Assembly (NCBI RefSeq): GCF_030028105.1
Contig: NC_092373.1
Location: 43,381,451-43,445,450 of the forward strand
Direction of reading: 5' to 3'
DNA length: 64,000 nucleotides
From: Mobula birostris
Taxonomy: Eukaryota
Part shown: piece after piece, positions 51,960 through 64,000 of the stretch
Position numbering within the stretch: position 1 is the first letter of the stretch
Layout of the letters: each line of letters starts with the position of its first letter
Program-made: the position numbers and the translations under genes
Notes under the pieces: generated by a model
Seen by the model: only the letters and a program-made list of their open reading frames with translations
Told to the model about the DNA's origin: nothing
Databases searched by the model: none

Positions 51960-53194
51960 GTGAGCGTATTTTATTTTTCAGAGGGCATATGGAAGAATAA
52001 CATTTCCTCATATAATGCAAGTGTTTTGAAATGGTATTCCTTTTTTTAAAAATGATTGAACAATAATGCCTAAACAAATACTTGAGATGGTTTTTTTTTC
52101 TTCCATTAAGATCAGCTAGTTAGTTCCTCCCCATGCCATGTGTTGCACTGGGCGGCAAACTTGCTGTTTCTTTGGCATTTTTGTCTGTTTTTTATGAGGC
52201 TGAGTTGCTAGCCTGACTCTCAACTGGCACTGATGGAAAGAGTGAATGGATTTGAACTTGGGGCTACTCACCTGCAAGTCCGATGTGGATGCTACTGGCT
52301 GGTATTTAATACCCATCCCTAACTAGCACTAGTCTGGACTCAGTGGAGTCTTTGTGGTGAAAGTAGCAAAGGAGTTCTGGGATTTTCCTGTGAAATAGTG
52401 AAGGACTAACAATACATTGCAAACGATGATGAGATTTATGGCACTTGCTATTCTTGTTTAACCAGGAGGGCTGATTTTGCAGTTTTCGGTGGTGCTGTCA
52501 AACAAATTTAGTAATGCTTTGAACACAGTTCCTCAGTATAATTGTGTACTTCGAATGTTTTATCTTATTAGGATTAGAAGAGCAAAATTATTAGTATAGA
52601 ATTTTAAAAAGCATTTCAAAGCTATCCTATATGGAAATGTAAAGTTCAGGATTATGGTTCAGAGCAATGTGATTCATTAATATTTTTCAGACAAGTTGGT
52701 GTGGGAAACTGTTCATTGTAGATTTCCTTTGTACCACAGAAATACAGTTTTTATCAGCCAATTCAGGCCAGCATAAAAGAGCAGCACATTATGAATTTCC
52801 TTTCAAAAACACTTGAGAACATGGAAAAAAAAGTCAAAATCTGATATTAAACATTAATCTGTACTTTGTCAATATTTCCATTTATTTGTTTATATAATCT
52901 ATATTGTAGGTATCAAAGGTCCATTTTTTTGTCCATTGCAGTTATTTTTATTACATCTCTGAACAATTTGGTGGTACCCAAAAAGGAATTTGATAAGCAA
53001 ATTGCAATCTAAGCATTCTCTGAAATCTACTTTCCAATGACAATGTATTTTTAAATGACCTATCTACTAAAATTCAAAGATGTTTCTCTTTGCCAAAAAT
53101 ATATTGCACTGTAATTAAGGAAACCGAGGCATTTAATGCTTAGAAGAATTTGATCAATTTGTATTCAGCATCTTTAAATTAGGAGCAGAATATA

Positions 53195-54249
53195 CACTCA
53201 CTAGGCACTTTATTAGGTACGCCTGTACACTTAACAATGCAGATATCTCGTCAGCCAATCATGTGGCAGCAACTCAATTCATGAAAACATGCAGAGATAT
53301 GGTCAAGAGTCCAGTTGGTGTTTAGACTGAACATCAGAATGGGGAAGAAGTGTGATCTCAGTGACTTTGACTGTGGAATGAATGTTGGTGCTAGACGGAG
53401 TGGTTTGAGTATCTCAGAAACTGCTGATCTCTTGGGATTTTCACGCATAACAGTCTCTAGAGTTTATAGAGTATGATGCAATAAACAAAAATCATCCAGT
53501 GAGTAGCAGTTCTGTGGGCAAAAGCACCTTGAGAGAGGCCAGGTGACCAGGTTGGTTCAATCTGCCATGAAGGCGACAGTCACTCAATCATGCGTTTCAA
53601 CAGTGGTGTGCAGAAGAGCATCTTTGAACACATATGAGGGGTGATTGATAAGTTCGTGGCCTAAGGTAGAAGGAGCCAATTTTAGAAAACCTAGCATATT
53701 TATTTTTCAACATAGTCCCCTCCTACATTTACACATTTAGTCCAGCGGTCGTGGAGCATACGAATCCCTTCTTTGTAGAAGTTGGCATCTTGGACCTCCA
53801 GAAAGTGGTCCACAGCAGGGGCGATTGATAAGTTTGTGACCTAAGGTAGAAGAAGATGAGTTATTAACTTCAAACTTTCTGCGTAATCACTCAAAAAGTT
53901 GAACCGCACGTGCATGTAACGAGAGCTGTATAACTCATCTCCTTCTACCTTAGGCCACAAACTTATCAATCACCCCTGCTGTGGACCACCTTCTGGAGGT
54001 CCAAGACGCTAACTTCTACAAAGAAGGGATCCATATGCTCCACGACCGCTGGACTGAGTGTGTAAATGTAGGAGGGGACTATGTTGAAAAATAAATGTGC
54101 TAGGTTTTCTAAAATTGATTCCTTTTACCTTAAGCCACGAACTTATCAATCACCCCTTGTACTATGTCAAACCTTGAAGTGGATGGGCTACAGCAGTAGA
54201 AGAGCACTCCAAGTTCTACTACAGTACCTAACAGAGTGGCCACTGAGTA
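53195..54249 (+). mobile_element. Non-autonomous Tc1-like element (same family as 12509-13074), hosting a mariner MITE
   Basis: TA-flanked TIRs cactcactaggcactttattaggtac / gtacctaacagagtggccactgagt. Encodes MGKKCDLSDFDCGMNVGARRSGLSISETADLLGFSRITVSRVY (Tc1 HTH). Confidence 0.85.
53635..54159. mobile_element. Mariner-derived fold-back MITE, copy 2
   Basis: TA at 53633-53634 and 54160-54161. Four TIR units. Arms carry FYKEGIHMLHDRWTECVNVGGDYVEK* in both orientations. Confidence 0.9.
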
Positions 54250-54346
54250 TATATTTCCTTGTGCTTCTCTGAAATCAAATTTACTTTTTTGTGCCCAATT
54301 GATACATAACTATGCTTCAGACCAGTCATGTACTTATTTATATATA

Positions 54347-55925
54347 CAGGTTTCCCCCGCCATCCGAAGGTAAAGCGTTCCTATGAAACGGTTCGTAAGC
54401 CGAAATGTTGTAAAGCGAAGAAGCAATTACCATTTATTTATATGGGAAAATTTTGTGAGCGTTCGCAGACCCAAAAATAACGTACCAAATCATGCCAAAT
54501 AACACATAAAACCTAAAACAACAGTAACGTATAGTAAAAGCAGGAATGATATGATAAATACACAGCCTATATAAAGTAGAAATACTTTTCCACAATCATT
54601 ACTGCACTGTTCTCTGTAGCGAAAATCTCACGCATGCGCCGTTGGCAGAAAATCTCACGCAAGCGCTGTTGGCAAAAACGCAGCGCAAGCGCTCTCCAGT
54701 AATCTTTAAGCTATGAAGCTGCCAAATCATACCAAATAACACGTAAAAATACACAGCCTATTTAAAGTAGAAATAATGTATGTACAGTGTAGTATCACTT
54801 ACCGGAATTGGGGCAGCGCCGAGCACACTGATGATGGTGTGTTAGGCTGAGTCGGAGTTTGGGTGGTGCAGTGGCCCCCACCTTCCAGGCCGCCGAACGA
54901 TACGTTGCCGCGAAGCATGCAGGGGTGCAGCAGTAGCTGGGAGGCACGCAGCACGTCTTTAAGAAAAAAGCGGAAATAAACATGCTAATTAATTAGGTGC
55001 CGCCCGGCATGTAATTGTCTGCCCAGATCAGTGCCGATTTCCGATTGCATCGTCTCTGATCTGGGCCGACAATTACATGTTGGCGGTACCTAATTAATTA
55101 GCATGTTTATTTCGTCTTTTTTCTTAAAGATGTGCTGTATGCCTCCCGGCTACCGTTGCATTCTCCGTAAATCGATATCTGTCCGTGGCCTGGGGGTTGG
55201 GGTGGTGGGACACTGGGGTGTCATCACGTCATCATCTGTTTCCACCAGGGCAGGCAGGTCATCTTCTCCTATGACTGCCCGCCTCAATGTCGAAGGTCGA
55301 GGTTCGTTGTCTGCTGTGGCTGATGTGGAAGGCTTGCTTGACTGCTGAGCCCCGCGCATTTTTCTATCACACAGTTCTTTGTAAGGACTCAAACCATCCT
55401 GCAAATATCCCCTAAACCGACATACCCTTTCAAAATTAAAGTCGTACTTTATCATTACTCATTCGGTTTCGATTGTTATCCTTTTTTCTTCCAGTTGCAT
55501 CAGCTCTTCATCTATCAGATCTTGGTCATGGGATGCCAAAACCTCTTCAACATCATGTTCGTCAGCTTCCACAAGCCAAATTCACTTTGTCTTTACTTCA
55601 TCTACCACGATCGAAACCCTTAATTATGTCTAGTTTTATGCTAAGTGTAACACCCTTATGAGCTCTTTTAGGCTTTTCTGATACCATAGAACTCATCTTG
55701 CAAACGACTGCTCACAGGCATGTGTTTAAGCAATGACGGCGAGAATGCAGTTCCAAATCCGGGGAGAGCGGCTGCCTTTTATCGCACGCTGATTTTTTAA
55801 TCATGCACTGCTTTTTTTTCATAACAGTGAAAACACCTTCTGAAAGCGAAAACAGGGTACTAATGTAGGTCTTTCGTAACAGTGAGGTTTCGTAAAGCAA
55901 ACATTCGAAAAGCGGGGGACACTTG
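54347..55925 (-). mobile_element. Tigger/pogo-like deleted DNA transposon
   Basis: TA-flanked TIR caggtttcccccgc / gcgggggacacttg. Minus ORF 55150-55455 DFNFERVCRFRGYLQDGLSPYKEL resembles a Tigger transposase C-terminus. Confidence 0.78.
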
Positions 55926-55969
55926 TATTGCTATGTTGAACTGAGCAATTTGAACTAACCAGTTATTTC

Positions 55970-56755
55970 TTATTCATTCAAAGGATTTGGGCTGAGTTAG
56001 TTAGTCCATCCCTAATTACTCTTGAGAAGGTGGGCTGCCTTCTTGAACTGCTGCCCTACTTCGCATGTGGGTATGTCTACAATGCTGATAGAGTAGGACC
56101 CTGGAAGGAGTGGTTTTTTTTTTCCAAGTCAGGATAGAGGACAATTTCTAGGTGATAGTGCTCCATGCTTCTGCTGCCCTTCTTCTACCAGCTGATAGAA
56201 ATCTAGGTTTGGAAGATGATGTTTACGAAGTCTTGGTAAGACATTCCAGTCTATCCTGCAGATGGCACGCACAGATGCTACTGTGTATCAGTGTGGGGTG
56301 AATAAATAGTTACAGCCGGCTCAGTCCTCCATGGCATCAAGCTTCATAAGTTGTTGAAACTGCACTTATCCAGGCAAGTGGAGAGTCTTCCATCAGACTC
56401 CTGCTGAGCCTTGTCAATGGTGGAAAATGTCAGGGAGTTACTCACCATAATATTCCTAACTTCTCACCTGTTCTTGTACCCACATTGGGCATATGGTCAG
56501 GATATTGATACTGGCATATTTAGTGATGGTAATGCCATTGAACATCAGGAGGTGATAGCTGTATTTTCTCTTGTTAGTTACATTCATTATCTAGAACTTC
56601 TGTGGTGTGAATGTTACTTGTGAACTATCATATTGTCCAAGTCTTGCTGCATTTGGATTTGGACGACTTCATTACATGAGGAGTCATGAATGGTGCTGAA
56701 GGTTGTGCAATCATCAGTGAGCATCTCTACTTCTGATCTTCAAACTGAAGGAATG
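55970..56755 (-). mobile_element. Ancient LINE remnant (related pieces at ~5130-6320, 7000-7560 and 15180-15450)
   Basis: Recurrent motifs such as cctaattactcttgagaagg...cttcttgaactgctg. Family not assigned. Confidence 0.4.
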
Positions 56756-56758
56756 CCA

Positions 56759-57232
56759 TTGCTGTTGTGTGCTGGGGCAGCAGGCTGAGGGTAGCAGACG
56801 CCAACAGAATCAACAAACTCATTCGTAAGGCCAGTGGTGTTGTGGGGATGGAACTGGACTCTCTGACGGTGGTGTCTGAAAAGAGGATGCTGTCCAAATT
56901 GCATGCCATCTTGGTCAATGTCTCCCATCCACTACATAATGTACTGGTTGGGCACAGGAGTACATTCAGCCAGAGACTCATTCCACCGAGATGCGGCACA
57001 GAGCATCATAGGAAGTCATTCCTGCCTGTGGCCATCAAACTTTACAACTCCTCCCTTGGAGGGTCAGACACCCTGAGACAATAGGCTGGTCCTGGACTTA
57101 TTTCATAATTTACTGGCATAATTTACATATTACTATTTAACTATTTATGGTTCTATTACTATTTATTATCTATGGTGCAATTGTAACGAAAACCAATTTC
57201 CGCTGGGATCAATAAAGTATGACTATGACTAT
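56759..57232 (+). mobile_element. Rex/Babar-clade LINE 3' fragment, near-identical to 20978-21445
   Basis: CWGSRLRVADANRINKLIRKAS...RKSFLPVAIKLYNSS. Tail aataaagtatgactatgactat. Confidence 0.88.
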
Positions 57233-57244
57233 ATTCATATGTAC

Positions 57245-57690
57245 GACAGCTTCTTAAATGCCACTGTACTGTCTGCTTTCACCATTCTCCCTGGGTGCCT
57301 GCTACTCTCTGATTTTAAAAAAACTTGCCCCACATATTTCCTTTGAACTTTGTCTCTCTCATCTTAAATGCATGTCTTCTAGTGCTTGGTACTTCTGTCC
57401 TTGGGGAAAATATTCTGATTGTCTACCCGATCTGTTCCTTTCATAATATTATAGACTGCCATCAGGTCTCCACTCAGCCTCTAACTCTCCAGAGAAAATA
57501 ACCCAAGTTTGTCCATTATCTCCCTATAGCTTATATCCTCTTATCCAGGCGGCATCATGTAAACTCTTTACACCCTTTGCATAGCCTCCACATTCTTTAC
57601 AATGGGGTGAGCAGAGTTGCACAGCTTACTCCCGAGTGCAGCTTAACCATAGTTATATACAGCTGCAACATGGTTTCCTGTCTTTTTAAA
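57245..57690 (-). mobile_element. Old CR1 3' fragment
   Basis: ctccagagaaaataaccc...atccaggcggcatc...gagcagagttgcac. Confidence 0.6.
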
Positions 57691-59494
57691 GTTAAAGAAC
57701 TATTCGGCTTGTACGTTTGTGTACAAATGTGAAAAAAAAATTATTTCCCTGCCTTTCTCTTAATTTGTGCAATTGTGCAATTTGCAATTCATCTACAAAC
57801 GTAGTTTCTGAGACACTATGCTTGTAAATTAATTTAATTTTTTATAAAGACACGGATTTGTAGCTGTGGATCTTTTGGCTTGCTGAACGTCATTGCCATT
57901 ATTTAGTATTTACAATGTAGGATCTAAACATAAATTAAGTGTCCCAAAAATTTTTAAATAATTGTCATACTGCTTACAGATACGACAAAACGCTTGCCCA
58001 GAAATAGATTTTAAGTTGCTTGCTATAGGAGAATAAACACTATTGACGAAACTCCAATATTAAGAATCAGGATAGCAGATGACATTTGATGTTAGAATTT
58101 GAGGAATCCAAGTAAAAGAGGTTATGGAGGTAGTCAGCTGGAAGGCCATGTACAAATTTAAAAATAGGAATAGAATTTGTCAAAACTGAGATACTGGTGG
58201 GCTGGGTATTGATGAAAGCTAGCAATTTGTTGTCTTGATGAATGTAGATAACGAAATGGGCAGCAGTATGTTCATGCCTAAAGTTCAGCTATTTGTGATG
58301 GAATAGAAAATCTACTTTTCTCAAATTGGCAGCATCTCATGCCAACATTATTTCTAACTGTCCTCATTAATCTTTCAACGACCTCACTACTGTGTCAACC
58401 ATGGGCTCACACTATCCGACTTTCCCTTTGCCCTCTCCCTTCCTACCCCATCTTTTCTACAACTTGAAAACAATCTTACCCAGTTCTGACAAACATTTTT
58501 TAAGATAAAATGGTAATTCATTATTTGCACACTGACTGACCTGCAGAATGTTTCCAGCAGTTTCTGTTTTTATTTTGGACCCAGCATCTTTCTCAGAACC
58601 TTACTGAAATTTATAAAATCATAAGGAGCATGGATGAGGTGGATGGTCACAGTCTTTCCATAGGCTAGGGGAGTCTAAAGCAGGAGGGTAGGGATTGAAA
58701 GTGAGACCAGAAAGATGTAAAGGAGCCTCAATGACCATATTTTTCACTCTTAGGTGGCCAAATGCAGACAAACGGGACTTGGGAAGGCATCTTGGTCAGC
58801 ATGAACAAGTTGGGCTTTAGGGTTTGTTTCTATGTTGTGTAACCCTGTGCTTCAGTAGAGAAAAAGGACAAATGGCTGCCGTACAAATGTGCTTGAAGCA
58901 TATTTGCAAGAATAACTTTTTTATATTTAATATCAATGAGACAACAAAATTAAGAACAATGTTTGTGGTCATCCAGCCCTTGCTTGCACATTCCTGACCT
59001 CTTTTACTTTTGTTGCAAACTAATGTAGTGGTCTGCTATTAAATAGCTTTACAGTGCTAATTCTCAAGTGTCTCTTCTGCATTACATTTTTACAAGAATG
59101 TTGTGATAGATAGGTTGGGGCTGGTCTGGGTTTGAGAGATTGAAGAGTGGAGAGAGTGAGAGATCAAGAGGAAGAATGAATGGCCCCTATTCACATTCTC
59201 TTGTTCCCTTCTCCTTGTCCTCCTCTTTTGTTTTCTGTTATTTGAAAAGGGAGTATAAAACAAGTAACCAGTCTGGATGTTTAATGTCTAGTGTGAAGAT
59301 GTTACTGGAATCTTTAATCAGAACTAAAATGACTGAACGCTTTGAACAAGTGTGATTTGATCAGGTTTGAATGGATGTGCATCATGATTGAGTAATTGAG
59401 TTGGATTTTTTGAATGTGAGGTGGGAATAATTTATGAATCATTTTGGATGCCATCTTCCTACATTTTTGTTGTATGTTTGGAGAAGGATGGAAA

Positions 59495-62400
59495 GAAGAG
59501 GAATAAACTGCAGGGGTAAAAGGACCCTGATGGGAGTTATATACAGGCCCCTGAACAGTAGCCAGGATGTGTTCTACAAATTACAATGGGAGATAGAAAA
59601 TGCATGCAAAAGGGCAATGTTACAGTAATAATAGTTTTTCAATATGCAGGTAAAATCAAGTTGGTGCTGATTTTGGATCCCAAGAGAGGAGAATTGGTAG
59701 AATGCCTATGAGATGGCTTTTTAGAGCAGCTTGTGGTTGAGCCCATGAGGAGATCAGCGATACTGGACTAGGTGTTGTGTAATTAACTGGATTTTATTAG
59801 GGAGCTTAAGGTAAAGGAACCCTTAGGAGAAAGTGATCATAATATAAGATGTAAGACCATAAGGTAAAAAAGCAGAATTAGGCCATTTGGCCCACCGAGC
59901 CTGCTCCACTATTTCATCATGGCTGATTCAATATTTCTCTCAGCTCCTATCGCTTGCCTTCTCCCTGTACCCCTTCATTCCCTGACCAATCAAGAAACTA
60001 TCACCTCTGCCTTAAATATACATAAACTATTGGCCTCCACAGCTGCCAGTGACAAAAAATTTCACACATTCACCACTTTCTACCTATAGAAAATCTTCCT
60101 CATCTCCGTTCTAAAAGGACGCCCCTCTATTCTGAGGCTGTGTCCTCTGGTCTTAGTCTCTCCCACCACAGGAAACATCCTCTCCACATCCACTCTATCA
60201 AGGCCTTTCACCATTCGACAGGTTTCAATGAAGTCACCTCTCATTATTCTGAATTCCAGTGAATACAGGCTCAAACTCTCTTCATGTGACAAGCCATTCA
60301 ATCCTGTAATCATTTTCGTGAATCTCCTTTGAACTGGAGTACCCTCTCCAGTTTCAGCACATCCTTTCTAAGGTAAGAGTCCCAAACCTGCCCGTAGTAC
60401 TCCAAGTGAGGCCTCAACAGTGTTTTATGAAGTCTCAACATTACATTCTTGCTTTTATATTCTAGTCCTCTTGAAATGAATGCTAAGATTGCATCTGCCT
60501 TCCTCACCACAGACTCAACCTGCAAATTAACCTTCTGGGAACCCTGCACAAGGACTCCTGAGTGGCTTTGCACCTCAGTTTTGTGTATTCTCTGTCCATT
60601 TAGAAAATAGTCAATCCTTTCATTTCTTCTACCAAAATGCGTGACAATACACTTTCCAACGCAGTGTTCCATCTGCCTTTTCTTTGCCCATTCTCATAAT
60701 CTGTCTAAGTCCTGCTGTAGCCTCTCTACTTCTTCAAAACTATCTGCCCTTCAACCTATTTTCATATCATTTGCAAACTTTGCAACAAAGTCATCAATTC
60801 CATCATCCAAATCATTGATATATAACATGAAAATAATTGGTCCCAACACAGACCCCTGAGGAACACCACTAGTCACCAGCAGCCAGCCAGAAAAGGCTCC
60901 CTTTATTCCTACTCTTTGCCTGCTTCCAATTAGTCACTGATTTATCCATGCTGGAATCTCTGCTGTAATACCATGGGCTTGTACCTTGTTAAGCAACCTC
61001 TAGTGTGGCATCTTGTCAAAGTCCTTCTGAAAATCGAAGTACACAACATCAATCAATTCTCCTTTGTCTATCCTGTTTGTTACTTTTTCAAAGAATTTCA
61101 ACAGATTTGTCAGGCAAGACTTTCCCCTTGAGGAAACCATGCTAACTACGGCATATTTTATCATGTGCCTCCATGTACCCTGAAACCTCATCCTTAATGA
61201 TCGGCTCCAACATCTTCTCAACCAATGAGGTCAGACTAACTAGCCTGTACTTTACTTTCTTCTGCCTCTTTCTTCTTGAAGAGTGGAGTGATGTTTGCAA
61301 TTTTGAAGTCTTCCGGAACTTTTCCAAAATCTAGTGATTCCTGAAAGATCATTACTACTGCCTCCATGATCTCTTCTACCACCTCCTTCAGACCTCTGGG
61401 GGTTACACAGTCTGGTCCAGGTGACTTATTTACCTTCAGTCCTTTCAGTTTCTCAAGAACCTGTTCTCTGGTTCTGGTAACTTCACACACTTCATGCCCT
61501 CTGACACCTGGAACTTCCTCCAAACTGCTAGTGTCTCCCACAGTGAAGATCGATGCAAAATACTTATGAAGTTCATCCGTTATTTCATAGTCCCCCAGTA
61601 CTACCTCTCCAGTATTGTTTTGCAATGGTCCAATATCCACTCTCACCTCTCTTTTACACTCTATGTATCTGAAGAAGCTTTTGGTAAACTCATTAAGATT
61701 ATTAGCTAGCTTACTTTCATATTCCATCCTTGCGTCAAGTTCCATACGTCAAGTAATGACAGTTACTTACCTTATGTTGGTTTTTAAAGGCTTCCCAATC
61801 CTCTAACTTTCCACAAATTTCTGCTCTGTTATATGTCTTCTCTTTGGGTTTTATGTTGGCTTTGACTTTTCTTGTTAGCCATGGTAGTGTCACCTTGCCT
61901 TTAGAATACTACTTCCTCTAGGATAGTAACCCTCTCACCGGCCTGGAAAGCAGCGTTGTATCTCTACTAACAGCCATGTGACTCCTTCTCAAATCTCAGG
62001 GTGAATTCTATCATATTATGATCTCTTGCCCTGATGGGTTCTTTTACCTTATAGAATATGGTAAAATGATAGAAATCACCCTGAGGAAGAAGCAAAAAGT
62101 CAAATGAATCAGTATTACAGTGGAATAAAGAGAGTTACAGAAGCATGAGAGAGGAGCTGGCCAAAGTTGACTGGAAGGAGACATTAGCAGGAATAACAGA
62201 AGAGCAGCAATGGCTGGAGTTTCTGGGAATAATTTGGAAGGTGCAGGATAAGTACTTCCCAAAGAAAAAGTATTCTAAAGGCAAGATGATGCAACCGTGG
62301 CTGACAAAGGGAAGTCAAAGCGAACATAAAAGCAAAAGAGTGGGTGTATAATAGAGCAAAAATTAGTTGAAAGAGGAATGGGAAGCTTTTTATAAACCAA

Positions 62401-63099
62401 CAGAAGGCAACTAAAAAACCATAAGGAGGGAAAGGATGAAATATGAAGGTAGGCTAGCTGATAATATCAAGAGGACACCAAAAGATTTTTCAGATATATA
62501 GAGAATAAGAGAGAGACAAGAATTGATATTGGACCACTGGAAAATGACACTGGAGAGGTAGTAATTGAGGGCAAAGAAATGGAGGACGAAGTTAATAAGC
62601 ATCTTGCTTCAGTCTTCACTGTGGAAGACTTTAACAGTATGCCAGAGGTTTGAGGGTGTCAGGAGGAAGAAGTAAGTATATTTGCTATTACTAAGGAGAA
62701 GGTGCTTGGGAGGTTGAAAGGTCTGAAGGACCAGATGGACTGCACTTCGGGTTTCTGAAAGAAATAGCTGAAGAGATTCTGGAGGCATTAGTAATGATCT
62801 TTCAAGTATCACTAGATTTCTGGCATGGTTCTGGAAGACTGGAAAATTGCAAATGTCATTCCACTCTTCAAGAAGGGAAGGAGACAGAAAAAAGGAAATT
62901 ATATGCCAGTTAGTGATTGGGAAGATGGAGTCAGTTGTTAAGGATGAAGCATGTGGTAAAATAGGATGAAGTTAGCATGGTTTCCTTAAGGGACCTTGCC
63001 TGACAAATCTGTTGGAATTCTTTTGAAGAAATAACAAACAGGACAAACAAGGAAGAATCGATCAATGTTGTGTACTTGGATTTTCAGAAGGCCTTTGAC
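59495..63099 (+). mobile_element. Decayed CR1 (APE to RT), split by a nested CR1 and cut by an LTR-like insertion
   Basis: NCRGKRTLMGVIYRP, MREELAKVDW and final YLDFQKAFD ending abruptly at 63099. Confidence 0.8.
59846..62050 (-). mobile_element. 5'-truncated CR1 nested in the opposite-strand CR1
   Basis: KSPGPD, YFDFQKDFDKMPH, RPHLEY and KTRGH. Tail cttatggtcttacatctt. Confidence 0.88.
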
Positions 63100-64000
63100 T
63101 GTCATGGTCCGGATCGGGGTCCCTTTAAATTTAGCTTGTTTATGTTACGATCCGGACTGTTGATTCCCTGTTTTCCCGTGTCCCGCGACTTTTGGTGATT
63201 AGAGGCAATTAACACTCGGCTGAACCGGTAGTTTATAGTCTCCGGCTTTCAGCCGTTCGGTGCGGGAGCGTTTGCAAAGTCACCAAGGTACGGCGTGCCA
63301 ATGTCATCTGGCCGGAGCAAGCCTAGTCTCCCCCGAAGTGAGTGCTGGTAATTCGCCTTTCCTCACTGGAGCAACCTTGTCAAGTTACCTCACCAAAGCG
63401 AGCCTGCAAAGTTTCCTTACCGAGGTGGGTCCGTCAGTTAACCTGCCGGAGGGAATCAAGAACCGCTGTCTACTGTTCCCGGGTTAAGTCGAGAGCTCAC
63501 CACTACCCAGAGGCTCCAAGTCAAGTCCTGGCTCTGGGCGGCATTCACGTACCATGTCAAGTCCTGGCCCTGGTGGCGTTCAAATATCATGTCAAGTCCT
63601 GGCCTTGGCGGCGTTCAAGTACCATGTCAAGTCCTGGCCCTGGCACCGTTCAATTACCACGTCAAGTCGTGGCCCTGGCGGCGTTCAAGTACCATGTCAA
63701 ATCCTGGCCCTGGCGGCATTCAAGTACCATGTCAAGTCCTGGCCCTGGCGGCTTCCCAGTTCTGAGTCAAGTCCTGGCCCTGGCGGTCTGTGATTCCTGT
63801 CCTACCCCTTTGTCTGAATCCTTTCTCTGCCCCTCTCGCCTCTAACCCTCGTCTGTAGCCCCCGCCTGCACTTTGGTCTAGTTCCATCGCCAGAGCTAGG
63901 TAGGTACTGTCTGGTGTTCATTCGTGTTGGTCTTGTCTTGTCTTGTCTTCGCCTCCATGGGGGTAAGTCTGGCCATCTTGCTGTTGCCCCGCGGGGAGTC
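63100..64000. mobile_element. Probable LTR of an LTR retrotransposon, extending beyond the window
   Basis: Abrupt start TGTCATGG inside CR1 coding sequence. Shift to GC/CpG-rich composition. Internal tandem array. Other end not visible. Confidence 0.6.
63520..63786 (+). repeat. 35-bp minisatellite, about 7.6 copies
   Basis: Unit gtcaagtcctggccctggcggcgttcaagtaccat repeated head-to-tail with substitutions. Confidence 0.92.

Noticed and set aside
59140-59355. Possible next DIS3L2 exon
   Set aside because: No similarity to the expected continuation of the RNB domain. The next exon is probably beyond the window.
63520-63786. CRISPR-like array (conserved ~21 bp plus variable ~14 bp)
   Set aside because: The variable parts are mutated versions of one sequence, not unique spacers. 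There are no cas genes and the context is a eukaryotic intron. It is a minisatellite.
63342-63845. 167-aa ORF as a novel repeat protein
   Set aside because: It is an artefact of the GC-rich, stop-poor 35-bp tandem repeat.

Overview
Eukaryotic (vertebrate) genomic DNA. The repeat content suggests a cartilaginous fish, probably a ray (inference). The whole window lies inside the DIS3L2 gene (RNase II/R-family 3'-5' exoribonuclease) on the + strand. Five coding exons (174, 80, 113, 108 and 234 nt, all AG/GT-bounded and phase-compatible) encode the start of the RNB catalytic domain, including [15 protein letters not shown]. They correspond to human exons ~9-13 (numbering from recall). The introns are packed with nested mobile elements: many decayed CR1 LINEs, two L1-type fragments with target-site duplications (TSDs), Rex/Babar-like LINEs and short derivatives, Tc1, mariner, Tigger and hAT DNA elements, a deleted BEL/Pao LTR element, and an LTR-like insertion with a 35-bp minisatellite. 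The most interesting signal is a family of 89-162 bp insertions with 13-15 bp TSDs that carry a minimal type I hammerhead ribozyme motif of the Penelope pLTR/retrozyme kind. One copy has a complete core and helices. Several long fold-back structures also sit in the pre-mRNA. No prokaryotic system or CRISPR array is present. Repeat boundaries were set by eye and are approximate unless a TSD or terminal inverted repeat (TIR) is cited.
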